From: Antedon mediterranea
Taxonomy: Eukaryota > Animalia > Echinodermata
Length of the DNA: 64,000 nucleotides
Reading direction: 5' to 3'
NCBI RefSeq assembly: GCF_964355755.1
Contig: NC_092675.1
Location: 27,314,912 to 27,378,911, forward strand
Position 1 is the stretch's first letter. Every line of letters begins with the position of its first letter. This document shows positions 25,758-39,100 of this stretch, in pieces. Both the position numbers and the translations under genes were made by a program. The notes under the pieces are model-generated. The model did no database searches. It was not told where the DNA came from and was given only the letters and a program-made list of their open reading frames with translations.

Positions 25758-25907
25758 CAATAATATTGATTACAATTTAAAAAAACATTGTTTTGATGAA
25801 ATATAAGGTGCGTCTTATACATCGACGATATAAAAAATACCGATATTTTACTCTCAGTTGGGGGTGCGTCTTATACACAGGTGCGACTTATACACCGAAA
25901 TATACGG
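25758..25907 (-). mobile_element. Tc2-type MITE, left end only
   Basis: Reverse complement of 10734-10883, ending ...GAAATATACGG|TA. Confidence 0.85.
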
Positions 25908-26255
25908 TACCTTGTGTCGGTATTATACCAGGGAGTTGTTTTTATACCTTGTGTCGGTATTATACCAGGGAGTTATAAAATAGTCAAAACATATTGCAGT
26001 GACAGTATAATCATTTTCTTGTTCCTCATTAAGCATAATAAGTGAACTCTCTTGATTCATATACATAAAAATAAATTAATCACGTATTAAAAAGTTCCAC
26101 GAAAATTTTCCTGACATTTTAAAGAAATCTTGATTTTAAAAGTATAAAAGAATATATTTTCGCAGTTGCCATTTTGTATCACATGACATCAGTTAAACCA
26201 ATCATACGCGACGTTTAGGCAGCAGACGTCAAAATCAGCACGATGTAAACACGAA

Positions 26256-29119
26256 ATGGCGTCCGACGAGGAAGGATCTTCTCGCTCAGACAAAGTAAAG
26301 TTGAAATGTTTTTTCCAAATTTACAAGCATTCAAATGAAATTATCAGTCCAATTACTGAGATTCGATGGAATAAAGTGTTGCTCTGTTCAAAGAGTTGGA
26401 TAAAATTAGATGGAGACGGCAAGGAAATCGCCATACATTTGACGGAGCTTGGTATGTCTGATGAAGGTAAATCGTTTGACGATGTCGTACGCGAGCATCC
26501 AGGCTTAGGTTTTCATGCTACCTGTTACAGGCGATATACTGATACATCTCGACTAAAAAAGGTAATATTTGGTTTATTATTATCAGAATACTCTAAGAGT
26601 TAATAATATAGTTAAATGATACAGTATATAGGGTGCTACTGCACTTACTTATAGATCTATATTGTGCCCTTAGTTTCTGTGCTTGGTTGTTGATTGGGCT
26701 TTCTACTAGTACCAGTACTACTACGTAGGCCTAGGCCCTAGGCCTAGGCCATATTATATTATACAGTATATATTATTCAGTAGGCTACAAAATTAATTTT
26801 AGTTAAATACCAATATAGGCTCTATATAAGACAAAATAAAATGCTGTATAAATTAATTATACGTTGAAATTGATGTTTAGGCTGAAACAAGAGTTGCCAA
26901 AAAGAGATCCCAAGCAGGAGACAGTGAGAGCCCAGATGAGCCACCAGTTAAGAGGGCCAAGCATTTTTTGAGAAGTAGTTCAGCCACAGCAATGGTTCAA
27001 AAAGCCACAATTTTGCCAAAGAAATGTATCATTTGTAAATTGCAAGACAAATTAGTGACGATCCAAGGCAAAAGAGGTCATGATAAATTAAGAAAGGCTT
27101 TAACAGATGATGCAGGTAATTATTTGAAGAAAAAAAATTCACTTGTTATTGTTGTTTCTCCTATCCTTGAAATTTGTAAACATATGGTTAATTAATCAAT
27201 CTGCTTTCTAATCCCCATCCTATAATGAGTTTTGCAGGCTCAACTGATGTAATCCAATTAGAAAACCTTCCTACTGTACAGCATAATGAGGTGTTCCAGG
27301 ACATTTCTTCCATGTGAACCTTTGCTATATAGTGTAATCATGGAGCTATACATTTTATATCTCCATGCTGTAGTTATGCATAACAAAATATCATTTCAAT
27401 CATTTAGGAATTACACACTATTGCTTTTGTTGATTTGATTTATGACAGGAATGTTGCGAAAAGCTGCAGAAATGAGAGAGGACGAAAGTATTTTAAAAGA
27501 CATTCGAGGCAAAAGCTGTGCTTGTATTGAAGTGCGATATCATGACCAATGTTACAAAAACTACACCAAAATAGTTGTTAATTCACGTAAACGACATGAT
27601 TCTGGAAAGTGAGTAAAACGTAACTTTCTAAAACTCTGTTGGTTTTTTAAATTTACATTTTAAATTTTTTTTTTATTTGCTTCAGTCTAAATGTTGAATT
27701 TTTAAACACCAAAATCTATAAAATATTAAAATATATTTTAATAATACAGTATTTATTATTATTTACAGGGAATTGGAAAGTGTTTTTTTAACATATAAGC
27801 AAAGCTATAAGGTATTTTGCAGAGATGTAATTGATAAACGGTTACAGTATGGACAGGAGATACTAAGACTCGCAAAACTCCAAAAGCTTTTCATGAAATC
27901 AATTGAAAAAACAGAAAAAGTTTACTTGTCAACTATAAGGTAGGCTGTCGATCCCTTCTTAAAAACGATGAAATAATTTTGTAATATTTTTGAGATCCAG
28001 TTACTGTAATAATTTCTTCATTTTATCTGTGTTACAATTAATTATAATCAATTAATGTGTTATTTATAGATCAGACGTGTTGAAGAAGAAGCTCAGGATG
28101 GATTATCCTAACCTAATTTTTCATTCACCCACAAGAAGGTTAGTTGCTTAGTGTGTTTATATTAAATGATTATTTCACCAGGGATAATTTAAAAAAAAAA
28201 TCTTTTTGTGGATTGGTCAAACTAAATATTTTATTTATTTTTTCTTAATTAGAAATGAATCAGTTCTGGTGTACTTTAGCAATGTATCCCCAGGATTTGT
28301 GGCTGATCCATTTTTGTCATCAGGAAAAAGTACAACGGAGACAGATGAATCATCAAAGTATGACATAGATATTCCAACTACTTCTACAACACACGAAATC
28401 TCCACTGATGGTGACAATAGAGACAAACTAAGGACTCTATATTTTGCAGGTACGGTTAAAATACAATAACTTGTATATATTGGTTTATTTTTAAATAACA
28501 ACAATAAATGTTATTGCATAATTAAGGAAATGCTGTGGATCAAAGAGGTGAAAGCTGTATGCACTCAAAAAACAAAACTGTTATGATAGTAAGTGGTGTC
28601 GATCATAAATGCTGTACACAATACAGTATATGCTTTATATAAATTTATTATTACTATGTTTCATTCACCCAATGCTATAAAATGTACTTGCAGGTACGAT
28701 AGTAAATAATGCCATCAAATCAAACAAAGGTATGCAGAGTGAATGGCCTCCAAGAGCAGCGGACATTAATGATGTTGACATATCTGAAATTGTGCCATAT
28801 GAGTTGTTTAATCTAATCGCAAAGTGTGTTGGTGCTGCAGAAGATACTATACAAACCTCATTTTCAGATGTTACTGAAGAAACTCGAACGAAAATTTTAT
28901 CGATATGCCAGGACATCCTGTACCTTGCTTGGAAAGGAAGAAGGCAGACTCCAAAGTCACTTGCTCTAGGATTAACTGTTCGAGTGTGAATGAGATGAGT
29001 GTGAAAACAGGACAAGAGAAGAAGAAGAAGAAAAAGAAGACACACCAGACTATGGCATTGAAGATGATGAATTAGACTATGGTGAATTAGACTATGAGGA
29101 AGATGAATATGAAATATAG
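26256..29119 (+). pseudogene. Academ-type transposase gene, 7 exons, catalytic core deleted
   Basis: In-frame GT-AG exons: 26256-26561, 26881-27115, 27449-27608, 27769-27939, 28070-28138, 28253-28449, 28694-~28985. Motifs: FHATCYRRYT, CIIC, EVRYHDQCYKNY, SICQDILY..GRRQTPKSLALG. It then jumps to a C-terminal CE*DECEN plus acidic tail ending TAG at 29119. Confidence 0.78.
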
Positions 29120-29279
29120 TTTATACGGTTTTGAATGCAACAAAATCATCATAAAAAGTAACTGTAATGTAATAGGCCTACACTATAACCAATGTGAAAC
29201 ACTAACCATGGTTATGCAAACAGAAACTGTGAGCATGTGAATAAAAAAAAAGATTTAAAAAAAATGAAAACAAAATGGA

Positions 29280-29545
29280 AACCATGAGAATATAAATAAA
29301 TAATATAACCATGAGAATATAATAATAAAAACTGTAACCATGAGAATATAAATAAATAATGTAACCACGAGAATATAATAATAAAAACTGTAACCATGAG
29401 AATATAAATAAATAATTTAACCATGAGAATATAATAATAAAAACTGTAACCATGAGAATATAAAGAAAAATAGTAACTATGAGAATATAAAGAAATTGTG
29501 TAACCATGAGAATATAAAGAAAAATATTAACCATGAGAATAAATA
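29280..29545. repeat. ~29-bp minisatellite (AACCATGAGAATATAA...)
   Basis: About 9-10 tandem units; they explain ORFs 29202-29567 and 29212-29424. Confidence 0.9.
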
Positions 29546-30051
29546 CAATTACATTGAAACAAAACAAATATTTGATGTTTGTATTTTATTTAATAATTTA
29601 AATTTACTATTGCATTGGTGTTTATTACTAGGAATATGTGTTCTATATGTTTCACAGTTAAATCATATCAGTCACTCTGTACATCCGTAGAGGAACACGT
29701 AGAGAGAGACACTGACGTGTTAAACTCGGAGAAAAAAGTTGAGTATAACATTTCAAATGTTATCTAGGTATTATTTACAATATAACTTCTTAAAATTAAA
29801 AAAAATTATGAATCAACTTACCGCATTTTATATATTTTTACATATTCGCAGAAAATTAAAGGAAAGGTAAAGCTATTATCGTTAACGTTAGTAAACTGAA
29901 CAATAACATACCAGACCATCCAAGCGAATAGGACATAGCTTAACGGATCCGGTCACCGGAACAGAGATCACTTTGGTGTAACTTCAGTTTATTAATATAA
30001 AATTATAATATCAGCGAATTGTGACGTCATTACTATAACTTTTTCTTTTAA

Positions 30052-30779
30052 CACTTTCACCGCCAAAGACGGAAATCTCCGTCTTTCGATGCCCAGCGCC
30101 AGACCGCCAAAGACGGAAATTTCCGTCTTTGGCTTTTTATTGCACAATTTGTTAGATCATGTATATATGGACCGCATATAGAAATTTCAACATCCAAATC
30201 GACCTGGACCGCAAATATTTTGATACTTTATTAACCCCTAGTGCCAATGACCCAGCTGGCCTACATCGCGTCCTATCCGTAAACAACATAATGTGCTTAC
30301 TGCAGACGAAGCAATTGCAGAAATATTTGCCGACTCTGACTCTGAAAATGAGTATTTATTATCCCCAGATGATGAAGGTATATTTGTACCTAAATCTGGT
30401 TTATAAAATGTAATAAATAATTGGAGATAATTTAGCTAGCCTGGCTTAAACTAGTTTGTAGAATAGGTTGAGAAACGTGACACTGACAGACGATGCAGCC
30501 AGGCTAAAAACCTCATTATCTCTGCTTTGTTCTCCGATTGAGCCTAAAGTGCTAAAAGTGAGCCAAGTTCTTTGTACAATTATGTGGTATTACAGTTTTA
30601 TTTCAATAAAGTGTTTGGTACCATTGGAAAGTTTATTTCTATCTCATTATTTGAGTGTATATTGCATGATATTCTGATTACAAACACCTTTGCTATGAGC
30701 TTTGAAAAACAGGTAAATTTATCTAAAATGGCTGGCGGTGAGGGGTACTTCCTTTATTGAATGCCTGGCGGTGAAAGTG
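30052..30779 (+). mobile_element. piggyBac-type MITE with remnant of the transposase N-terminus
   Basis: TTAA|CACTTTCACCGCCA ... TGGCGGTGAAAGTG|TTAA; duplicated CCGCCAAAGACGGAAAT subterminal motif; acidic LTADEAIAEIFADSDSENE remnant at ~30296-30378. Confidence 0.85.
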
Positions 30780-33700
30780 TTAAAATGTTTCATATTATCT
30801 TATATTTCATATTTCATTGAATTTAATTAGCCTTGTTTTTACCAGTAATTATAACTGATAGACGGGTTAGTTGATCAAAGTTGTAATAGTTGTTGTTTAG
30901 TTGTAATAAAATGGTCGAAAGAGAAATCAAAATCTACCGGACCAGATGGATAAATCAAATGATATAATACGGACTAAAAATAGATACCGTACAAGTTGAA
31001 TCTTGGATTATAAAGACTTGTTTTGAGACTCCACTAATTAGTAATAATATGTCTGAAGTAAACATTACCCATGGACACTTTTTCCAAATTATATGACTGA
31101 CTTTACTTAATTATCCAAATATTCAGGAAAGAGAAAAAGGCAAGAGTTAACTGCTTGGCTATAAATTAAAAGGACGTAACATTCCATGTTTAAGTACCAG
31201 TCTTAATTAACTTTCGCAACGGCGAACTTTCTCTCATGAAAATTATGATTTATGTAAAGTCGAATATTTCTCGAATAATATCATGTTATTAGGTCGAAAA
31301 ATATCTTATGTCTAAGTATGTTAATTATTCAAAAAAACATAAATATTAACGCAATCGCTCACTGATTGTTAAGCAAGTGTTATGGTAACAGTTGTGTCAT
31401 CATTCTTTTTATTGTACTTTTTTTTTCCTTATTAAGCAACCAACATGGAATAGTCAATTCAAAACATAAATGTTGTTTACCATTGTGTAATTATCATCAA
31501 AAAATCATTAAAATATTAATAGTTTTTATTTAAAAAATTGGTTGGTTGTACTGTATCACAAAAACAAAAGGCCTCTGTAAATTAATATAACTGTATAAAT
31601 TATAAACAAAAATACATTTTTTTTTAATGACAAGAATTGAGAATGTTTAAGTAGTAATGAAATTAGTGTTTAGTATACTAAATTCATTTATTATAAATGG
31701 TTAGGGAGATATGGCTATAAAAAATAACTAAATAAATAAAGATGATTTACATTTATAGCAAAAAATGTTCATCTAATTATATTGCTTTACTACAGGTATC
31801 ACTCTGTTAATATTCATAGAATTACATTTACTTGTATTGTTTCTTTTTAAAACATAAAATGTGTTTAACATACAAAATAAAATTGAAATGCTGAACAGAC
31901 CTTGACGGAACTCATCCTTTTATTTCATATATCAGTCATTTGCATAAGAAACATCTTATTAAATTTGCAACTTTTCATATCAATCTATATTTTGCATAGA
32001 TGTGATGCGACGAACTAGAGAAATAACTAGGCAACAAAGATACGAACAGGACAGGGAATCTTTGAAATGTCTGCTATATCTGTTAATGCAGATATCAAAA
32101 CAGCTTCAAAAAGGCATAGCTGATTGAGAATACAGGCCTATTTGATAGTAACTATGTCCAAGTTGTCTCTCTAGTTTTATAAATAATACCTCTATGATAT
32201 TTTGTAATATTTTTCTGTTTTATTCACCACACAAAATAACTCTCCCAATACTCAACACCTTTGAATTTTGACCTGTTTCGTAATGTTTTAGAATTTGTGT
32301 GTGATAAACTTGAATCATTCTATTTTTCAAATTAAGTTTGAAAGTATAATATGGAAAATTGTGAAATGACATCCAAAAGAAAAGTATCTTTTGATTAAAT
32401 TATCCATCGTCTAAATTTGGAATATTCATTTACAGAAATGTCATGGTCATGTGAATTACTTATATTTTTGTTTGTACAAGGGACATAAAAGAAAAGTAGT
32501 CATTGTGCTAAATAGTTGAAATAATAAATACTAAATTAGCTTTCAAACTATTTTTCTACAAGTGTTTTTTATTTTGCTCTGGCCTTTTTAACTTTGACCA
32601 TTCATTTCATGCAAGCAATGATGCCAAATAATAATGAAAAATGACCAAACCTTCAACAATGTTTTGAGTTAACTTGTATCATGATAACTAAATATGTAAA
32701 AAAAGGGCACTTTTTTTCAAAAAAATGTCAAGCATTTTATTGTATGATCTGTATTTGCATAGCACATACGGTAGACTGCGTTTATACCGTCTTAAAGAGC
32801 CATAGTAAATGATTATGTCAAAAAATAAAAGGGTTGAATATTTGTCAATTTTTGGGAAAATTTTCCTGTCCTATAGTACAGGTATTTTTTTTAAAAAATG
32901 TTGACTTTTTAAAATTCTTATTATGCAATAATTTGCATAGCGCATATATAATGTACTAGCGCGTTATTGCCCTCATACAGAGCCATAATAAAGAATTATG
33001 CCAAAAAATAAAAGGGTTGGACTTTGGTTATTTTTTGTCTGTGTAGTATATTATTACAGCTGGGATTGGCAAAATAGCAAAAAAAGGTAACAATTTCCCT
33101 GAACTATAATAATATTGCACCATATCATCTTTATAGACGTAGTGAGACTAATAGATAGTAACCATAACATTTTAATAAATCATGTAAAAATTGCCAAAAT
33201 AATAAACTTTCAAAATTCTTATTCTATATTTTTGTAAAGAAATGGCAAGAGGACAGAGTAGTCCTAGAGGGTGTGGTCCAGGTTTTTTTTTCATTTTTCA
33301 TATCGAATATGACAATCACTTCAAATAGTTTTTGATTAGGAAATAAAATATGATGAACGTTCTTTAATTAAAACATTATTATATTATTCACAGAAGAAAG
33401 TGTATTCAAAGATTACAGAAAATTGTAAAGTAGACTATATTGGGTGTGGTTCTTGCTTTTTATTACAGCATTACGTCAAGCTAACAGATATTAATATATA
33501 TCATATATAATCGATAATCGATATAACTATTATTAATTATATATATGTATTGATATAGTATTTTTTTGATATGCATATGTTGACTTTAATACAAATTCAC
33601 CACATTATGTGTACATCTTCGTATTTAGGAAATAGCATGAAATTAAATGGACCATTTATTAAAAGCAAATTATACATTTACTGTACACACATTTTACTGT

Positions 33701-33958
33701 ATTAAAAATAGAATTTGTAATGGAATGTCTGTAAAAGAACACTTAAAATAAATAGCACATTTCAAAGCTATCAATATTATATAACAATCAATATTACCAA
33801 CAGCGCCATGCAAACTGGGATCTTTCATCTTAAGGATTGCAAGACCCCAAACTTGTAATTGAAATTTGGACCAGCCTAAAAGGGCCCTGTCCGGTTTCCA
33901 GCCCTAAATCTGTGCCACTGTACATTGGGATACCATAATATTAATCATATATACATTA

Positions 33959-34310
33959 AGATGTACAGTATTGTCCCCCTGAAAAAATAATTCTTAAAAC
34001 AATGTTTGTTGAAAATTCTATTTTTAATGTAACATAATAGTTATCCACTTTGACCAAAAATTGGATCGAAAAAATATGTATTTACCTGAAAAAATGTAAT
34101 TTAAAGCAAAAAATGTTCAAATTGGCTGCCAGCCAATGGATTTTTGGTTGAATTTTAACATTTATTTCGTCATTTTATAAGTTAAAACAAGATTTTTTTT
34201 CGTTTTTTTTTCTATTGAAGTGATTAACTTTATGAAAACTACAAAATAACATATTCAAAGTCTGATTTAATTAATCTTCATTTTTCATGTTTTTGAGGGA
34301 CAATACATCT
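33959..34310. mobile_element. Kolobok-type MITE (relative of 20041-20569)
   Basis: AGATGTA(CAGTA)TTGTCCC ... GGGACAATACATCT|TTAA. Confidence 0.75.
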
Positions 34311-34393
34311 TTAAGAATTGCATAAATTGTTTTAAAAATACTTTACATTCGTGGAGTCAGCTGACCATGTGTATCTGAAACTGCAATGCATAA

Positions 34394-34574
34394 AGGGTCT
34401 TTCACACCTGTCCCGGCACGGTTCCGGTCCAGCGCCGGAAAATCCAATCGAACGTCAATGTTTCGTTTTCACGCGGCTACGCGCATATCGATTGGCGCAT
34501 AGCCGCGTGAAAACGAAACATTGATGTTCGATTCGCCGGACCGGAACCGGGCCGGAACAGGTGTGAAAGACCCT
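34394..34574. mobile_element. Palindromic Harbinger/Tourist-like MITE (181 bp)
   Basis: TAA|AGGGTCTTTCACACCTG ... CAGGTGTGAAAGACCCT|TAA; near-complete hairpin. Confidence 0.88.
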
Positions 34575-35049
34575 TAACGCCTGTTCATACATAGTGTGGG
34601 CCGCCAGTCTATGTACTATTCAGAAAAGGGTAGGTCTTATCTGTATTAATATATACAATAATATGCTAAACAAAATATTTTACTTTGACTATATACACAA
34701 ATATGAATAATCCAGTTATAATTACAGTAATTAGCCCTGACTGCCTTCATGACAATCTGCCACTGATACACAGTAGGCCGGCTGGTCATGTTTAAAAAAA
34801 ACTCTGCTTGTGTATACATACTGTATACAATCTTCTGCCCCAGTAGGACCTACATTGAGCACCTTTTCATGAAATTACCTCAGAGTACAATATTTACAAT
34901 TTATAATTACAGGCATAGAGAAATGCTGATACACTGAAAAATAATATTATAAAATGAAGATGAGGACATTTGCTACAAAGATAAAAAGCTGCCTCAATAC
35001 AGATTCAAACCCATTGATATGCAGGCATTATTACCATGGTATCAAATCT

Positions 35050-35675
35050 GATTGGATAATGACACCGGAAGTAAAACAAACATTAATAAGATTCAAAAAC
35101 TTCAAAATCGCGCTATGCGTGTTGTTCTTCAAGCTCCGCCTCGCACCAGCACTCACATTCTTCTAACATCTCTCCACATCATGAATGTGTCACAGACGGT
35201 GCAGTACCAGGTAGGCTGCCTAGCTTTTAAAGCCATGAACAATATTGCCCCTCGATACATCACCCAACGATTTTCCACTGTTCCGATACGCTCTATGAGG
35301 ACTAGGGCTGCTTCCAGGGGAGACTTGCTGGTACCCAAAGTTAAATTGGAATGTTTCCGGCGCTCTTTTATTTATTCTGCTTGTATTTTATATAATGTAT
35401 TACCTTCAGTTTTGAAAGAATGTACCAATATTAACTCGTTTAAATTTAATTTTAAAAAACACATTTTATCGTAATTGTTTAATTGAATTTTTTTTGGATA
35501 ATTATTTTTTTATATAATAGTTTTAAATTTAAATGTATATAGTAGATTCGTATTAGTTAAGTATAGTTTTATATATTTTGTCATTTTTAAGAGGGCTCCT
35601 GAATATCAGCTGGCCTGCGGGTTCAGCTGGAAGGGTTACCCTCTATAAATAAAGTTGAAATAAATAAATAAAAAA
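35050..35675 (+). mobile_element. 5'-truncated CR1/L2-group LINE 3' end
   Basis: ORF 35052-35474 is an RT C-terminal domain (KLQNRAMRVV, RSFIYSACILYNVLP, SFKFNFKKH); the 3' UTR has a GAGGG...CCCTC hairpin and an (AAAT)n tail. Confidence 0.85.
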
Positions 35676-36136
35676 TGACTTTTTGGCACCTGAATTTCAA
35701 TATTTTAATTACACATTTGGTCTTTGTTGTTTGTCAACTATATTGTAATGAACATTAAAATAATTTATAGCTCTATTAATAAATGTATCAATACAGTGAA
35801 ACTTGAAATGTATGCTTCATATCAGGGTCAACTTCCTATAGCATTTACAAGTATTTGTGCCATAATTTATGTGCATTTCAAAATTAAAAACTTTGAATCT
35901 TTAAGTTTAAATCTATTTTTAGCCAATTTGAAAATTATGAAAGACAGTAAAGTTTATTATAATTGTAACTAATGGCAAGAATTTAGCCCAGCTGACTTGT
36001 GGCACTCACTGTTTGGTGCGATAGAAAGACTAAATAGGTTAACAAATCTACGAGCTAGATAAATGTGTATCTGCCGTCTGACAACTAGTCCCGCTTCCAG
36101 ATACGTAGTTCCCAGAAGAAAGTGTGCTTCTGTTGA

Positions 36137-39100
36137 TTAAATAACTGAACTGTCTGCAAATGGGTCAACTGAGGTCAATGGTTCTTCAGAAATCATAGCA
36201 TCATTTTGTACTTCAGTCAGTAAATTTCCATTACAGAGAAGGTAACGAACATCTGCCTTCTTCATTCGGCGTATTATAAAAATTATGAGTAACGTAACAA
36301 ATACTATTGACACTATTATAATAACTGCTATATACTCCTTGCCTGAAAATAAAACAACCAGAAAATGTATATAAATGCCATACATTCTAAACATACATTT
36401 TAATAATTATCAATCAATACATTTTCTCTGTATTTTTTTTGTTGGTGGGGGGAGTGATTTTTCTACTGTATTGAAGAACTTTCTTATAAGTAGTGGGGGG
36501 TGTTTCACTGTACCCACCTACTTTTTTAACATTTCTGGAGGTCCCACAACATGAGATTGAACTATCTAACTATTAAACAAAAAAATTAGGCTTTTTTAGA
36601 AGAAAAGCAAAATGTTCTATTTTATCATAATAAGATAAATCCTTCTGGAAATAACACATTTTAAATTTATGTACACATAACCAACAGTTTGAGGCTCAGT
36701 TTATTTTTTATGTACAAGTGTCTTTTAATTAATACCAGATACCTGCTTACTAAATTTGTACTATTTGTTTTTGAAGTGTGAATAATTAAATAAAAAAAAT
36801 AATCTTCTAGATTCATACAGACCCAAATGAATACTGTTCTGAAATTCTAAAAACAGTCTTACCTATGCCACTTGCAGTTAATTGACCAGCAACAAAACTG
36901 GAGCTAATCGTGGTATAACCAACTGAATTGTGTGCTGTGATGTTTACAATGTAGTCATTATATGGTGCCAAACCTACAGTATGAATCAAATTGTTTAATG
37001 GTATACATAATCAATTAGTTTGTTTCACATAAATCATCTCCGAAAAAAAAACCCCACCAAAATAAGATCTGTCTACACTATCAAACTAGTTTGACAAAAA
37101 ACAAGGGGTGATGTTCCCAAATATGGTAGTGATATGCTTAATGCTTAAATTTCTGCTCAACCGACCTGTTCACTCCACATTCGGTGTAAATGTAAGTACA
37201 TTTCGTATTTTTTTCTAATTTTATACGGTCATCATAATTGTATAATTGTAATGGAGGGGCGGATCTAGGATTTTGATAAAGAGGGGGCCGATATGGGAAA
37301 CTAATCATCTAGGGGCGTCCGAGACATGCTCCCCCTGAAATGTTTTTTTTCTAGACGCCCGGAGACAGCATCTGAGGCGTTTTGGCCAGTCGATTTTTGT
37401 CATATAATTATCTGAATATAGTGTGTTTTATAGACCATATTTAATATACAGAACTGTTTATTATTATTTTTTTTCGTCAATAGCCTAAAGCCTGTTTTCC
37501 TGTCGACGAAACGTTACGACTAGTTGCATTATAATTTTAAAATAAAATTTGAAAATAAATAACGATAACGATGATCGAACCGGACTGCGAATATTTTCAC
37601 ATTTTTACGCAATCGTTAATGGTGGTTACTGAGACACATGGACGTGAAGTTTTGCAAAGCCAAGGCCGGTCATGCGCAGCCGTGCCCGCTGAAAAATTGA
37701 AAAAGTTACTTAATCTAGGCTTTACACTAAAGACAAACATTAAATTAAATTGTTTTTATATTATAACTTAGTTTTACTTAAGTAATTGTGTATTGTAACT
37801 GTTAAGCTTATTTTAACTTGAAATGGAAGGCAATGTCATTCAATTTACTTCTCAACAATTTTCCATTACTTTACACTAAAGACAAACATTAAATTAAATT
37901 GTTTTTATATTATAACTTAGTTTTACTTAAGTAATTGTGTATTGTAACTGTTAAGCTTATTTTAACTTGAAATGGAAGGCAATGTCATTCAATTTACTTC
38001 TCAACAATTTTCCATTACTCAACACAATAGTGCCATTTTTCAAGTAGCTTTAGGAGTAAAAGGTATCGGTTCATACAGTATTTACCTGTAAATTCAACTT
38101 GAAGTGATGTGTTGTATTTTGTAGTAGCTATATCCACTTCTCTATCATCAGAAAAAACTGTTATTTTGTATTTAAGAAGATGACCATTTTGTTTTTCTGG
38201 AGGTAGTTCCTAAGAAACAAATTAGTTTTCTTTTTAATTATACTGTAACAACAGGAATGATTCTTTTTTTTTAAAAGAAAATGAAGATTTATTTCTAAAG
38301 ACATTTGCATTTGTCAAAATCTTAATGAAATGTTAAATTATGTCACCATTGCATGTTATAAATATTTAAAACCATGCTATAAAAGTGTGGTATGAGGAGT
38401 ATTGGAGGATCCCAATAATTTGTTCTGGTTAGGTAGCTTTTAGTGGGTTTCATCATGGAGAATTCTCCATGGTTTTATGAATCAGTTTCCTAAAGCTTAA
38501 AAAAAAAAACCAATCTTATTATACTGATTGATCGATCGATGTTTGGTGTATTATTTCATTTATCTGCTATTGTTAATAGCCTTTAGATAACCATCATAAG
38601 TTTGGATACTACAAACATGATGAAATAATTATGTATTTTTGTAACTTATACAGGATTTGTTGCAATTCAAAAGAATTTTATTACAATAATTTTTCATTTT
38701 GGTCATTCATTATCTGCCAAGTAAAAACTATAGATAGCATTATTCATTTTTTTATAAAAAAAAGAATCATATCAGCAGTTTTGAGGTAAAAAGTAAATAC
38801 ATAAATTCACTTTCATATACTCATGTTTGGTGTGCGCAGAAGTGTACTCTATGGTCCTCGATGTCTGCGAATATACCCGTTTATTACTCTCAATTCCTAA
38901 CCCGCTCTACTTTTTTCACTTTTTCCGTCTGATGATATCTTTACAAATATATATTTTGTGGTGTTTATTTTCATACCTCCCAATTGCACGTAAGTACATC
39001 ATATCCATCTTTCCTTTTGCAGTTACCATCCACTGTACCTTCCGGTGGTTCTGTTGAAAAATGTTTAGTTCAAACTAAATTAAAGGAACTTAAAATTGTT

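Noticed and set aside
29202-29567. Hydrophobic multi-TM-looking ORFs
   Set aside because: Antisense translation of the 29-bp minisatellite.
38820-38940. Extra receptor exon between 38977 and 38209
   Set aside because: It would need a ~38-nt intron and has stops in all three minus-strand frames; the flanking exons already join in phase.
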